Source: the human T2T-CHM13v2.0 reference genome, Homo sapiens
Reading direction: 5' to 3' (one strand)
Assembly: GCF_009914755.1 (NCBI RefSeq)
Contig: NC_060940.1
DNA: 64,000 bases
Shown: piece after piece, positions 14,801 through 27,820 of the stretch
Layout: each line of letters starts with the position of its first letter
Position numbering within the stretch: the stretch's first letter is position 1
Program-made: the position numbers and the translations under genes
Notes under the pieces: model-generated
What the model was told of the DNA's origin: nothing
Database searches by the model: none
Seen by the model: the letters and a program-made list of their open reading frames with translations, nothing else

Positions 14801-15156
14801 TAGCTCAAATATCTTTATTTGGAGATGCTAAAACAAAGAGAGAAATACAGACCGCTAGCCAGGTAACAGGATGCTTCTGAATTCTAGTTTATCTGTTATT
14901 TTTGACAACGCAGTTTTGGGGTTAGATCTGCAGCTTCCTTCTTCTTGAAGGACTTGAGCAGCTTCTCACCTCTGGGGCAGCAGAGGAAGAGCTTTCTGGC
15001 AGGTGATGCTTTCATCTCTTTGAGTTAAAGCTGTGTTCACCCAAGTGTTAGAGGAGTTCCACTGGTGGTACGTTAGGTGTTTTTGGGTGGATCACAGATT
15101 GGCTGGCTATGCAGACATTAAGTAACTCTGAATGACACAGAAAGAAAAAGCTGTGT

Positions 15157-15728
<572 letters not shown>

Positions 15729-16885
15729 CCTTTCAGGCGTCTTGATTATTTTGTTGAAGGGGAAAAAATGAAAAAAAATCATGTGGGAACTAAAACATCT
15801 TTTACACCTCTTTCTAGTACTTGCTAATTCCCTTGTTTACTAGGGAGCAGATCTCAGTTTCAAAACCTTGAGGAGGGCACAGTCTCTAGCTAGAGTTTAG
15901 TAATATGGTTGTGTCTTTGTTGAATTTATTTTTACACATGCTTTCTATTTATGGCAAACGGAACTTGTTTTCCCAATTATAATAGCTATATGCCTCTTTT
16001 GAAAATAACTTATTTTATCCTAAGTAAAATGACTCTGTTTAAAGGAAACTAAAGAAACGTGGCACACAGCCATGGCAGAAATTGAGAAAAGTGTCTACAA
16101 ATGATGGCTGTCTAGGGCCACTGCTTCCAAAACATTATTCCTTGATGGTTAAACCTCTGGCACTATGGCAAACATCATCTTAGGAGGTTTAGCACTGAGA
16201 ACATCATTCCAATTATACATTGTAGCTAAAAGCCTACAGTGAGTAAAGGTGCCCTCTCTCTGGATAGCATATGCTTCTTGGCACACTTGTCCTACCCCAG
16301 GAAGAATCTCTCAGCACTGCTGGGTGTCTGCCCCTAACCTGTACTGAGAACAACCCTGCTGTGTATGCAGCATTCTTGTGGGAGCCTAGTGCGATCTCCT
16401 CAACAATGCCTAAACAATCCAGGAGTTTGTTTCACTCATTGTGAATAAACACGCACAGCCGCGATCTTTGGAGATGTTCAGGCTCTTGCTCCCAGACGCC
16501 CACCCTTTGGCTGCCCATGGGATGGAAGCATCAGCTCTTCCCAGACGCCCGCCACTCTTCTGCTGAACATTCATTCACACGTGCCTCAGGAAAATCTTCG
16601 GACACGCACATCAAGCCATCTGGCATGGGAGTGTTTAATTTTGAGAGTGATCTTTTGTTTATTGAGAAGCAGACTCTTCAAGGGGAAAAAAAAATCACTT
16701 CTGGCTGACGAGAAGAGTTCCAACGCTACTAAACTTCTCCCCCTAGTGGACTTTTCAATGAGGCTTGCAAATCACTCTGAACCAGGAGTCCAAAGACCAT
16801 TGTCATCGGGGCTTGTAGCTTTTGAATTTTACAAAAATGGCATTAAAAAACAAAAAAAATCATTAACCATGTGCATTCCCCTGCC

Positions 16886-16922
16886 GTGTGTGTGTGTGTG
16901 TGTGTGTATGTGTGTGTCTGTG
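16886..16922 (+). repeat. (TG)n microsatellite
   Basis: Direct read of the sequence. Confidence 0.95.
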
Positions 16923-16929
16923 TTTACTA

Positions 16930-17050
16930 TATAACACCAACTACATGACATTCAGGAAAAGGCAAAACTATGGAGACAGTAAAAACAACAACAACAAAAA
17001 TCAGTGATTGCCAGGGGCTGAGGGGGAGGGAGGGATGAATAGAGAATTTT
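16930..17050 (+). mobile_element. L1MC-type 3' fragment
   Basis: CCAACTACATGACATTCAGGAAAAGGCAAAACTATGGAGACAGTAAAA...TTGCCAGGGG. Confidence 0.75.
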
Positions 17051-17070
17051 TTTAAAAAGATAATTTTTTT

Positions 17071-17393
17071 GGCCGGGCGCGGTGGCTCACGCCTGCAATC
17101 CCAGCAATTTGGGAGGCCGAGGCAGGCAGATCACAAAGTCAGGAGATGGAGACCATCCTGGCTAACACGGTGAAACCCCGTCGCTACTAAAAATACAAAA
17201 AAATTAGCCAGGCGTGGTGGCGGGCGCCTGTAGTCCCAGCTACTCGGGAGGCTGAGGCAGGAGAATGGTGTGAACCTGGGAAGCGGAGCTTGCAATGAGC
17301 CTAGATCGCACCACTGCACTCCAGCCTGCATGACAGAGCAAGATTCCGTCTCAAAAAATAAATAAATAAAAAATAATAAAATAAATAAATAAT
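17071..17393 (+). mobile_element. AluY
   Basis: GAGACCATCCTGGCTAACACGGTGAAACCCC and GGAGAATGG...GGAGCTTGCA diagnostics; (TAAA)n tail. Confidence 0.95.
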
Positions 17394-17394
17394 G

Positions 17395-18055
17395 ATTTTT
17401 TTTACAGAAGTCTTAGGTTTACAGTACAATGGATAGGGAGGTAGAGACATATCCATATACTTCTGACATACATATGACCTCTCCCATTATCAATGTCCCA
17501 CACTAGAATGGTATATTTGTTATAACTGATGAATCTACAATGGCACACCATTATCATCTAAAGTCACAGTTTACATCAGGGTTCACTCTTTATGTCCATT
17601 CTATGACTTTGGACAAATACATAATCACACGTGTCTATCACTTGCATCATACAGAGTAATTTCGCTTCCCTGAAAATCTTTTGTGCTCCACCTGTCCATC
17701 CTTCCCTCCCACTTAATCCCTGGTGATCCCTGATCTTTTTACTCTCTCCATAGTTTTGGCCTTTCCAGAATGTCATATAGTTGGAATTTTATAGGATCTA
17801 ACCTTTTCAGATTGGCTTCTTTCACTTACTAATATGCATTTAAGTTTCTGCCATATCTTTTCATGGCTTGATAGCTCATTTGTTTTCAGTGCTAAACAAT
17901 ATTCCATTGTCTGAATGTATACAGTTTATCCACAAACTATTCATATTTACCTTACTATATCCTATTAAAAGATATCTTGGTTGCTTCCAAGTATGGGCGA
18001 TTGTGAGTAAAGCTGCTATAAGTATATCTGTGTGCAGATTTTTGTATAGACATAG
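17395..18055 (-). mobile_element. L1MC 3' end
   Basis: GAATGGTATATTTGTTATAACTGATGAATCTACA...CCAGAATGTCATATAGTTGGAAT...TCTTGGTTGCTTCCAAGT. Confidence 0.85.
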
Positions 18056-18205
18056 GCTTTCTGAGTGTGGTCTCAGGTCAGTAGCATCAGCATCACCTGG
18101 GAGCTTGTTATAAATGCAGAACCTCAGGCCCACCAGATCTGCTGATTTAGAATCTGCATTTCAACAAGGTCTGTGGGTGATTTATGTTAAAGGTTGAGAT
18201 GTGCT
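18053..18205. mobile_element. MER5A1 (hAT-Charlie)
   Basis: AGCATCAGCATCACCTGGGAGCTTGTTATAAATGCAGAACCTCAGGCCC...GAATCTGCATTTCAACAAG. Confidence 0.8.
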
Positions 18206-18219
18206 AATGTAGAATACCT

Positions 18220-18897
18220 AGTTATGGAAAGTAAAAAGTTCTCTTCAAAGTTTCCATTCTTGTTAAAGGATAATAATAATAAATATTAGAAATAATAGTT
18301 TCTTTTAAAGACTTTCTTGAAAGCCTTCTTGCTTTTTGCTAATAACTCTTTGTTAAGCCTTATCCTATGCAGCTGTTAGACATAAGGGAATAAGTACATT
18401 CTATGTCCTTGTACTTTAACCAAGATACTTGTGGTAGACATGCTCACAGGCACGTAGTACATTCTATGTCCTTGTACTTTAACCAATATATTTGTGCTAG
18501 GCATGTTCACAGGCAAGTTCCAGCTCACAGCCTATGCCCCTTCCTTATTTTGAAATGTTATTACTTTTCTAAGTCCTTTCGCAAGCAACTTCCTCTTTTC
18601 ATTTTGTTCTCCATTGCCTCTACCGATTTAGAAAAGTTTTGAGTTATTAGCCAATCAGGTTTAGCTTAGACTGGGAGGTCCAGCTCCAACCAACAGAGAT
18701 CAGACACAGCAGTAAGCACCCAATGCGTAAGGGATAAATATTCCTATCTTTCCTTTGTTCATTGTACTCTCATGGCAAGATTGCTGATGAGCAGTACCCT
18801 TTCTGCAGAAAGTAAAGTTGGCTTGCTGAGAAAATTTTTTTGTCTGAATGTTAATTTTTCCTTGTGGTAGCAAGGAACAAGCATTTTATTTATAACA
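18220..18897 (+). mobile_element. LTR10C-like ERV1 solo LTR
   Basis: AAAGTAAAAAGTTCTCTTCAAAGTTTCC...TAGAAATAATAGTTTCTTTTAAAGAC...TTCTGCAGAAAGTAAA...GGAACAAGCATTTTATTTATAACA; subfamily assigned from recalled consensus. Confidence 0.75.
18499..18520. promoter_or_regulatory. p53 response element inside LTR10
   Basis: AGGCATGTTC-ac-AGGCAAGTTC: two perfect RRRCWWGYYY half-sites with a 2-bp spacer. Confidence 0.7.
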
Positions 18898-18968
18898 CTG
18901 GTCCCTATCCTCAACTTGATTTCAGCCCATTAGAAAACTTGGGGGGAAAAATGTCTTTGGTGGAGTTA

Positions 18969-19352
<384 letters not shown>

Positions 19353-19511
19353 TCACAGCTTTTCCCAACTGAGATGTCTTTATATGTCTTTATCTCTCCT
19401 CCATGTGTCCAGTTCTTGCTAAGTTTTTATTCACTAATTATCTCTGGGAACTTACCACATACCAGGCACAGTGTTACACACAAGGCATAGACCCCCCTTC
19501 AACACACACAC

Positions 19512-19799
19512 TTTTTTTGAGACAGACTCTTGCTCTGTTGCCTAGGTTGAAGTGCAGTGGTATGATCATGGCTCACTGCCGCCTTGACCTCCCAGGCTCA
19601 AGAGTTCCTCCCACCTCAACCTCCAGGGTAGCTGGGACTACAGGCATGCACTACCATGCTCAGCTAAGGTTTTACTTTTTTGTAGAGAAGGGGTCTCCCT
19701 ATGTTGCCCAGGCTGGTCTCAAACTTCTAGGCCCAAGCTGTCCCCCTGCCTCAGCCTCCCAAAGTGCTGGCATTACAGGCGTGGACCACCACACCTAGC
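19512..19799 (-). mobile_element. AluJ
   Basis: ATCATGGCTCACTGC...GGGTCTCCCTATGTTGCCCAGGCTGG. Confidence 0.9.
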
Positions 19800-20440
19800 A
19801 ACCGTTCTCTTAGGCATGCAAAAAGTTAACAAGACATTACAGTTTCTCTGTCTTCCCTACTAGATTAAATACTGTAATGGGAGTAAGCACATCAGCTATT
19901 CTGGAAGGTGTCCGGGAGAGGGTAAAGAACTGACACTTGTCCTGCTCCATCCAGTACCAGACACTCTAGTCGGGCCGCACATCTGTCACCTCCTGTCTGC
20001 AGAATTTCTGTTATATAATTCTGTGTCAGACAGCTGCCATAGTACTTTAGGTCACAAGCCACTGGGAATTTGAACAGTGACTGAGAGGGAATTTCATCTT
20101 CCACCAGATGGTCAGGGAAGGGGTTGAGTTAATCTCATCTAGTTCCTAAGGGGTGGGGAACCACCTTTTATTGTTGGATTGTACACTCTAAATGAAGCCC
20201 CTAATCCTGAGATGGAACATGGGTTTCTTCTCACTTGTCAATCATGAATGTGTGTCAATGATTCCTGAAGCATTCTATTGAGGGATCCTAGAGAACATGC
20301 AATAAGGGGGAAAAGTTATTTTTTAAAAAATGCAAATCCAATCACATTGGATTTGCTTAAAATCTTTCAATAATTTCTCAATCCTCTTAGGTCATGGTAG
20401 GGATTTGGGTCTTTAGTGCATAAGTTCCTGAATGGCCTAG

Positions 20441-20901
<461 letters not shown>

Positions 20902-21123
20902 TGCACATGATCTTTCTCAACCTCCTTTATCTGAAAAATTCCTGGTCATCCTTTGGACGTTGGTCAAAATATCCCTTTTTCAAGGAAAGTGTCCTCATCT
21001 CCCAGGCTGATCCTCTGCTCATGCATTCTCGGTGCTGCTAACGGCTCCTTCAAAATCCTTACCACATTTTCACTGAACTATTATTTCTATGATTATTTAC
21101 TGGTTACCGCCATCTCCAGACCT

Positions 21124-21625
21124 CTGCTGTTCATTCTGGTAGCGCCTGGTCACATGTGGCTGTTGAATATTTGAATTGCCACTAGTGCAACAACGGAAAT
21201 CAATTTTTAATTTTATTTAATTCTAATAAATATAAAAGCTGATACTTGATTTCCTTTATGGAAATTTTAAAAGTATGGAACAACTGGAGTATGCAAGTCT
21301 ACTTTTTCAGGTGTAAATTTTATGAAATCTAAAACAGACCAAGTATTTCCAATGGAAACTTAGCATCTAAATTAACATGTGCTGTATTCGTAAAATATAG
21401 ACTAGATGAAGACTTAGTATGAACAGTAATGTAAAATACGTTATTAGTATTTTTCATATTGAGTTTATGTTGAAAAGATAACAGAGGTAATGGAAACAAA
21501 ATACATTAACAAATTTGTTAAATTAACAGATTTATTGTACCTGTTTCCTTTTACATTCCCATGTGACTCCTAGGAAATCTCAGTTACGTCTGTGGCTCAC
21601 ATTGTATTTCTGCTGGACTGTGCTG
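21124..21625. mobile_element. Charlie1b (hAT) DNA transposon relic
   Basis: Ends CTGCTGTTCATTCTGGTAGC...CACATGTGGCT and GTGGCTCACATTGTATTTCTGCTGGACTGTGCTG; internal GTAAATTTTATGAAATCTAAA. Confidence 0.75.
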
Positions 21626-21814
21626 CTTTACTGTAGATTATAAGGAGAGTTCTTAAAACCAAAACCAAGCATCAATTTAAGTGTTCAGTACCTAGTAAAG
21701 TATTTGGAAAATAATAGATGCTGAATAAACTTTTTCTGACATTTAAATAAATGAATGAGTAGCCATCTTTGTAAAGGTGAAGAGAGGATATAGCAAGTTT
21801 TCCCTGTATTTTCT

Positions 21815-22144
21815 TTTTTGTTTTTTTCTTTTCTTTCTTTATTTTTTTTGAGACAGAGTCTCGCTGTGTGGCCCAGGCTGGAGTGCAGTGGTGTGATCTC
21901 GGCTCACTGCAACCTCCACCTCCCCGGTTCAAGGATTCTCCTGCTTCACCCTTCTGCATAGCTGAGACTACAGGCGTGCTTTTGCCACCACACCTGGCTA
22001 ATATTTTTTTGTTTTTGTTTTTGGTAGAGATAAAAATTTCACCATGTTGTGCAGGCTGGTCTCGAACTCCTGAACTCAAGTGATCTGCCTGCCTTGGCCT
22101 CCCAAAGTGATGGCATTACAGGTGTGAACCACTGCACCGGGGCT
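21815..22144 (-). mobile_element. Alu (S/Jb-type)
   Basis: Full dimer; flanks CCTGTATTTTCT / CCTATATTTTCT. Confidence 0.9.
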
Positions 22145-22353
22145 GTCCTATATTTTCTAACTTTATGCTAATTTTTTCTTTGCCTAGCATAGTGCCTTGA
22201 AAACAATGACAATAACAACTACAACTGTCATTTTCAGTTACCTACTGTGTGCAAAGGACTTTTAACCTTGTATAAATGTTGTATAAATTAGGGACAATGT
22301 ATATGAAGTAACTTACCCAAAATGACATTATTAGAAGACAGCATCTAGTAAAC

Positions 22354-22499
22354 AATTGCTTGTCAATAATTGACTAAATAAACAAACAACCCCACGAAGC
22401 CCAACAGGCCTCAATTATTATCGAGCTCACTCAATTATTGACAAACAACAGAGCTTTGTGGGGTTGTTTGTTTTTTCACACAATTATTGACAAGCAATT
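22354..22499. repeat. Inverted repeat with 47-bp arms and a 52-bp spacer
   Basis: 22354-22400 matches the reverse complement of 22453-22499 at 42/47. Confidence 0.9.
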
Positions 22500-23224
22500 C
22501 AAGAATCATGATAAAATCTTTCAAGATCTCTGTTGTCTTGGATATGAATATGATTCCTTCGATTTTATCTGATCTGAGATTGCTTTCCCCAGTTTATAAA
22601 AGCTCATAAGAGATTTTTAAGTCTGAAATTCTGAAATAGAAACAAGAAAAAATTATCTGTTAACAAGAGAGTAAGTTTCTCAGGTTACAATAAATTAGGT
22701 TTGGAAACACCAAACACAAATCTGCCCTCAGGAGCTTGAGAGAAGGTCCTGTTCAATCTGTAATTTGCCCAAAGATACTCTAAAAACACCACAAAACCTA
22801 ATTAATTAGGAATAGGTGAACTTCAACGTGCTGGAGCCATTGGGCACTTTAGGCTAATTATCCAGCCTTACAAGCATAAGGAAACACACTGTGTATTTGG
22901 CTACATGCTTTGCTCTCAACTTTTAAACCTGTATGTATATTTTAATGGCAATTTAATCCATATGGTTGAGATTATCTGCATTCAGTTCATCAGAAAGCAA
23001 TTTCTGAAAGAAACTCCAATCTAGTAACTTCCTCAGTGTGCTGTGCCAGACGTGAGCTCCTTCTGTACAGATTTCTCTAGCAGAGCCGGCTGGGTGGTAT
23101 TAACATTAATATTAACTAAAGGCAACATCGAGATTAAGTACAGGGACTCTTCAAGCCAAATAGCCTTGGTTCAAAAATCTGTATTTCACCACTTGGTGTG
23201 TGTGTGGCTTTGGACTTACTTTCC

Positions 23225-23642
23225 TGTTAGAGTTTGGATCTGTGTCCCCATCCAAATCTCATGTTCAATTGTATTCCTCAGTGTTGGAGGTGGGGCCTGG
23301 TGGGAGGTCATTGAATCATGAGGGCGGATTCTTATGGTTTAACACCATCCCCCTTGGTGCTGTCACCACGACAGTGAGTTCTCATGAGATCTGGTGGTTT
23401 AAAGTGCTTGGCACCTACCCCACACCCCTCTTGCTCCCGCTCCAGCCATACAAGATGTGCCTGGTTCCCTTTCACCTTCTGCCATGATCGTGAGCGTCTT
23501 CAGGCCCACCCGGAAGCCGAGCAGATGCCAGCCTCATGCTTCCTGTACAGGCTGTGAAACCATGAGCCAATTAAACCTCTTTCTTTATAAATTACCCAGT
23601 CTCAGGTATTTCTTTACAGCAATGCAAGAATGGATGAATACA
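23225..23642 (+). mobile_element. MSTA solo LTR inserted in a MIR
   Basis: TG...CA termini; 5-bp TSD TTTCC; GAAGCCGAGCAGATGCCAGC...AAATTACCCAGTCTCAGGTATTTCTTT. Confidence 0.9.
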
Positions 23643-23774
23643 TTTCCTTATTCATAAAAGGGGTAAAGTAACAATAACCCGTGTGGGTTATAGTAAAGAT
23701 GAACTGAGTCCATGTAAAGGCTTCCCTCTGTGAAGATTCTGTAAGCCAGACACTGTTCTAACCATTAGCTATCA

Positions 23775-24520
23775 GTGTTATTATTAGGCTCCGTTGCAAG
23801 TGACAGAAAAATAACACTGGAATGGCTTGTACATGATGGTTTATTTCTTTTACACATAAACACAGGCAGTCCAGGGCTGGAATGATGACCCCATGCTCAT
23901 CAAGAACCCAGATGCTTTGTATCCTGTTTCTCTACCAACATCAGCACACATTTCTCACCCACTGATCCAAGGTGACAACCCCAGCTCTAGCCAATTTGCC
24001 CACATTCCAGCCAGAAGGAAGGAAGAAAGGCAGAAAGTCACATTTCCTTCCTTCAAGACTGCTTCCTAAGATTGCTTGGGGCTAGGAGTTCAAAAACAGT
24101 CTGGGCATCATAGTGAAACCTTGTCTCCATAAAAAAAATAAATAAATAAACAATTAGCTGGGCATGGTGACATGTGCCTGTAGTCCCAGCTACTCGCTAC
24201 CCAGGAGGCTTGAGACAGGAAGATCCCTTGAGCCCAGGAGTTCGAGTCTGCAGTGAGCCACAATCATATCACTGCACTCCAACCTGAATGACAGAGTGAA
24301 AGCCCGCCTCTAATTTTTTATTTTTTTAAGAATGCTTTCTAGAGGTTACACATACCCCTTCTGCTTCTATCCCAGTGAATGGAACTTAATCTCATGGCCA
24401 TGAGTAGTCTTAAAGGAGACTGAAGAATGTAGTTTTTTATTCTACAATTTATTCTATTATTATGACTGTAGAAGAAAGAGAGAGAACACATACTGAGAAC
24501 ATCCAGCTGTCTCTGTCACA
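23775..24520 (-). mobile_element. MLT1J-type LTR interrupted by an AluJ
   Basis: TTGCAAGTGACAGAAAA...CAGGCAGTCCAGGGCTGG...CACATTCCAGCCAG...GGAGACTGAAGAATGTAG. Confidence 0.7.
24070..24328 (+). mobile_element. 5'-truncated AluJ with a T-rich tail
   Basis: TSD-like AAGACTGCTTCCTA / AAGAATGCTTTCTA; tail reads TAATTTTTTATTTTTTTAA. Confidence 0.85.
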
Positions 24521-25469
24521 GATTTGGAATAAAGGATGAAACACTCCATCCTTGACAACAAGCTGTGTGCAGATCTGCCATGCATACTAAATGGAGATCT
24601 TTGGAAAATAGAATGTGGTTGGAGAAAACTACATCTTTAACTCAGTACGCAGCAGTCTCCACATGCTGTTTGTTTATAAATCCCAAAAATATATGCTGCA
24701 TAAGACACTAAATAAATGTTGATTCTAATTATTGTACAAAAGTGACCACAAATCTCCTCTTCTTTCCACTCTCACCAGAATTATATCCATGGAAGATCTT
24801 CAGATGCTTGTGGATTTAGAAAGAAAAGGAAGATCACAACTTCTCTTGCCACACTCCAAAGCCACCTTCTAACCCTTTTTCCTCTATCATAACTGAGAAA
24901 GTGATGATGCTCCAGCAAGCTCAGGGTGCCCCTCCAGAGACTGACCACAGATACTTGTGTTAGACAAGACACCTTCCAACCCTGTCTGCATCTTTACAAA
25001 TAAAAGATGTTGACAACACACCCATAGATAATAGGAAACATATTTTTGGCCAGTGAGTGAGCTTTTTTGGTCAGGCTTGAGGACTGTAGCAGATATTTGT
25101 TGGAAGCCTTCCCAGCAGCCCACTCCCCTTTCTCCTTCTGAACAACAAAACGGTATTTCCCAGCCTTGCAGTGAGCCTTAGGATTGGCTTAAGCCAATCA
25201 AAATGTGTGCAACTCTGTGTCCACAACAATTATTTCAGAGTTGGGCATGTGATGGAATGAGATGTGAAGATGTGGGAGCCTTGGAGAAAGAAGTTTCAGT
25301 CGATGTTGCCATTCTCTTGGGATCACAGAGATACTCGGTTTCAGTTGGGGTTTCTGTTAAGTAGTATTCTCACCAACACTGAGCCATGAAAGGAAATGCT
25401 GGCAATATTTAACAGGAGACAAACTAATCAGGAGGCCATAAGTGAACACTTATGATACCAGGCGTACCA

Positions 25470-25650
25470 AGATGGAAATGCTACTCTACCATTTTACCAC
25501 TTGTGTTATTTGAAGGAAACACAGATGCAGTTTCTTAATCAGGAAACTGGGGATAACTATATTGATCTCACAGCATTGTGCATATAATGCCAGACAACAT
25601 AAATGAAATTGCCCAGTGCCAAGCCTGTTTCCCAGACACAGAAATCAATA
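25470..25650 (+). mobile_element. Degenerate MIR (donor of the 28028-28081 insert)
   Basis: CAGTTTCTTAATC...GGGGATAACTAT...TCTCACAGCATTGTG. Confidence 0.6.
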
Positions 25651-25834
25651 AGGACACAGATAAAAAGAAAAAGAAAAATTATGTTTGCTGAGTGGCTGGC
25701 TACTATAAAAACAAATTGTATATGGAGAGTCCCCATAAGGTACACCCAAGGAGGCAGAAGGGCAGAGCTAGGATGAGCAGCTTGGATCCCCAGACTTCAC
25801 GTGACAGGACATGAACGACAGCAATCCCAGACAC

Positions 25835-26200
25835 TCTGAGTAAAACTTACATACAGTAAACAGAAAATACGTTTTATGGCATAGTTCTGCAAGTTGACAA
25901 GCACATTCAGTTGTATAACCATCACCACACTCAAGATATGGAACAGTTCTACCATCCACCAAAATTCCCCCATACTGCTTTGACTCCTTTCTCCATCCCA
26001 ATTCCTACCCCCAAAAGATCCACGAGCCACTGATCCATTTTCTATCCCTATAGTTTAACCTTTTCTAGAATGTCATATAAACAGAATCATCCACTTAGTG
26101 GTCTTTTGAGTCTGACTTCTTTTACATCATATAATGCATTTGAGAATCATCTAGGTTGGGGTGTAAACCAGTATTTTGTTTCCATTGCTTGCCATTTAAC
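25835..26200 (-). mobile_element. Old L1M 3' fragment
   Basis: ACCATCACCACACTCAAGATATGGAACAGTTC...CTAGAATGTCATATAAACAGAATCAT. Confidence 0.8.
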
Positions 26201-26355
26201 ATTTGATTAAAGCCCATCTTTCTTCTTAACGGTGTAAGCCACATGGGATGACAGAGTTGGGGGAAAGAGAGCTGAGTTCCAATGATCATTTTCAAACATA
26301 TGCACCCAAATACATATATTTGAAACTGTTGGAGGGAAAGAAGCATGTTGGAATG

Positions 26356-27061
26356 TGCTATAGACCAAATCGTGTCCCAGCAAAAATCCTGTGTTGAAGC
26401 CCCAGCCCCCACTGTGACTGTATTTGGAGACAGAATCTTTCGGAGGTAATTAAGGTTAAATGAGGTCACCCGGGTGCAGTGGCTCACGCTTGTAATCCCA
26501 GCACTTTGGGAGGCCAAGGTGGGCAGACAGCTTGAGCTCAGGGCTTGAGACCAGCCTGGGTAACATAGTGAAACCCCGTCTCTACAAAAAATACAAAAAT
26601 TAGCTGGGCATGGTGGCACCAACCTGTGGTCCCATCTACTTGGGAGGCTGAGGTGGGAGGATGGCTTGAGCCCAGAAGAAGAAGGTTGCAATGAGCCAAG
26701 ATTTAGCCACTGTACTCTAGCGTGGACAAAAGACCAAGACCTTGTCTCAAAAAAAAAAAAAAAAAGTTACATGAGGCCGTAAGGGTGGGGCCTTAATCCA
26801 ATAGGATTGGTGTCCTTATACGAGGAGGAAGAGAGGCCAGAGCTAGGCAGCACACTCTCTCTTTCTCCCCCAACCCCACCTCCCTAGCCACGTGAGGATA
26901 AAGCAAGAAGCCAAAAAGAGAGCCCTCACCAGAACCCAACTATGCTGGAGTTTCATTTGGGACTTGTAGCCTCCAGAATGCAAGAAAGTTAATTTCTGTT
27001 GTTTAAGCAACCCAATACCAAACTATAGTATTTTATTATGGCAGCTTAAGCAGACCAATAC
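26356..27061 (+). mobile_element. MLT1A-type LTR interrupted by an AluJ
   Basis: GTATTTGGAGACAG...AGGTAATTAAGGTTAAATGAGGTC...AATTTCTGTTGTTTAAGC. Confidence 0.85.
26468..26765 (+). mobile_element. AluJ
   Basis: GGGAGGATGGCTTGAGCCCAG; TSD-like AAGGTTAAATGAGGTC / AAGTTACATGAGGCC. Confidence 0.9.
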
Positions 27062-27820
27062 TGAGTGGCTCAGAAAACAGACCTGCAGCCAGGAGTCACT
27101 GAGCTGGGTTTGATCCCAAAAGTGTTTCCTTTTTTATGGAACAGGGATGAAAACAACCTTCCATGAAGGCTCATCATGAAGACTAAACCACATAGGTGAT
27201 ATGTAAAATTTCTAGCCCATTTCTTGACACTAGGAAATGCCCAATATGGGGCACTTCAAATTGTCCAGCTTTGTATCCATCCCTGCATCCAATATGAACC
27301 CTTATATATGCCGGGATGCTCTGCAAATATTTGCACAAAAAAATTGAAATCCAACTGGACATACTAAGGAACCTGTCTGTGTTTTGATTTTTTTAATTTG
27401 TAAAATGAAGTTGTTAATGCAAACGAATGTTTCTGAAACCCATCTAGTATGTTTAACACGATCTAAACAGGAAGTGATTTTATGGTAGTCATTTCCATGT
27501 TAATATAAGCAGATTTCAGTTATCATTCCCACAATTAGATGTTTGCATGTTAAACTATTTACCAATAATTATGAAAAGGAAGCATGTGTAACTTTTTGAA
27601 ATATAATGTCTCTACAACCAGATGGAAAATATTTGGGAGAGGTAAAGAGGGACAGTGAGGTGCTTTTTTTTCACCTGGAATGACAATTGGTTCTTCTCAA
27701 GGCTTTGACGGGAGCCTAAGGTAAAGAGGAATGAGAAAAGCAACATGTCTCTTGGCCTTCATAGCTCCCTTAGGGAAGGAAGAGGGGACAGGTGGCTGTT
27801 TTGTCTACTCATTGGTACCC

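Noticed and set aside
16930-17790. Opposite-strand L1MC segments covering the same consensus region as another inverted duplication
   Set aside because: Each copy seems to differ independently from the L1MC consensus and they share no flank, so independent insertions suffice.
26122-26691. 189-aa ORF and the many similar ORFs with motifs such as [15 protein letters not shown] and WDYR
   Set aside because: Translations of Alu, LTR and L1 sequence, with no coding signal.
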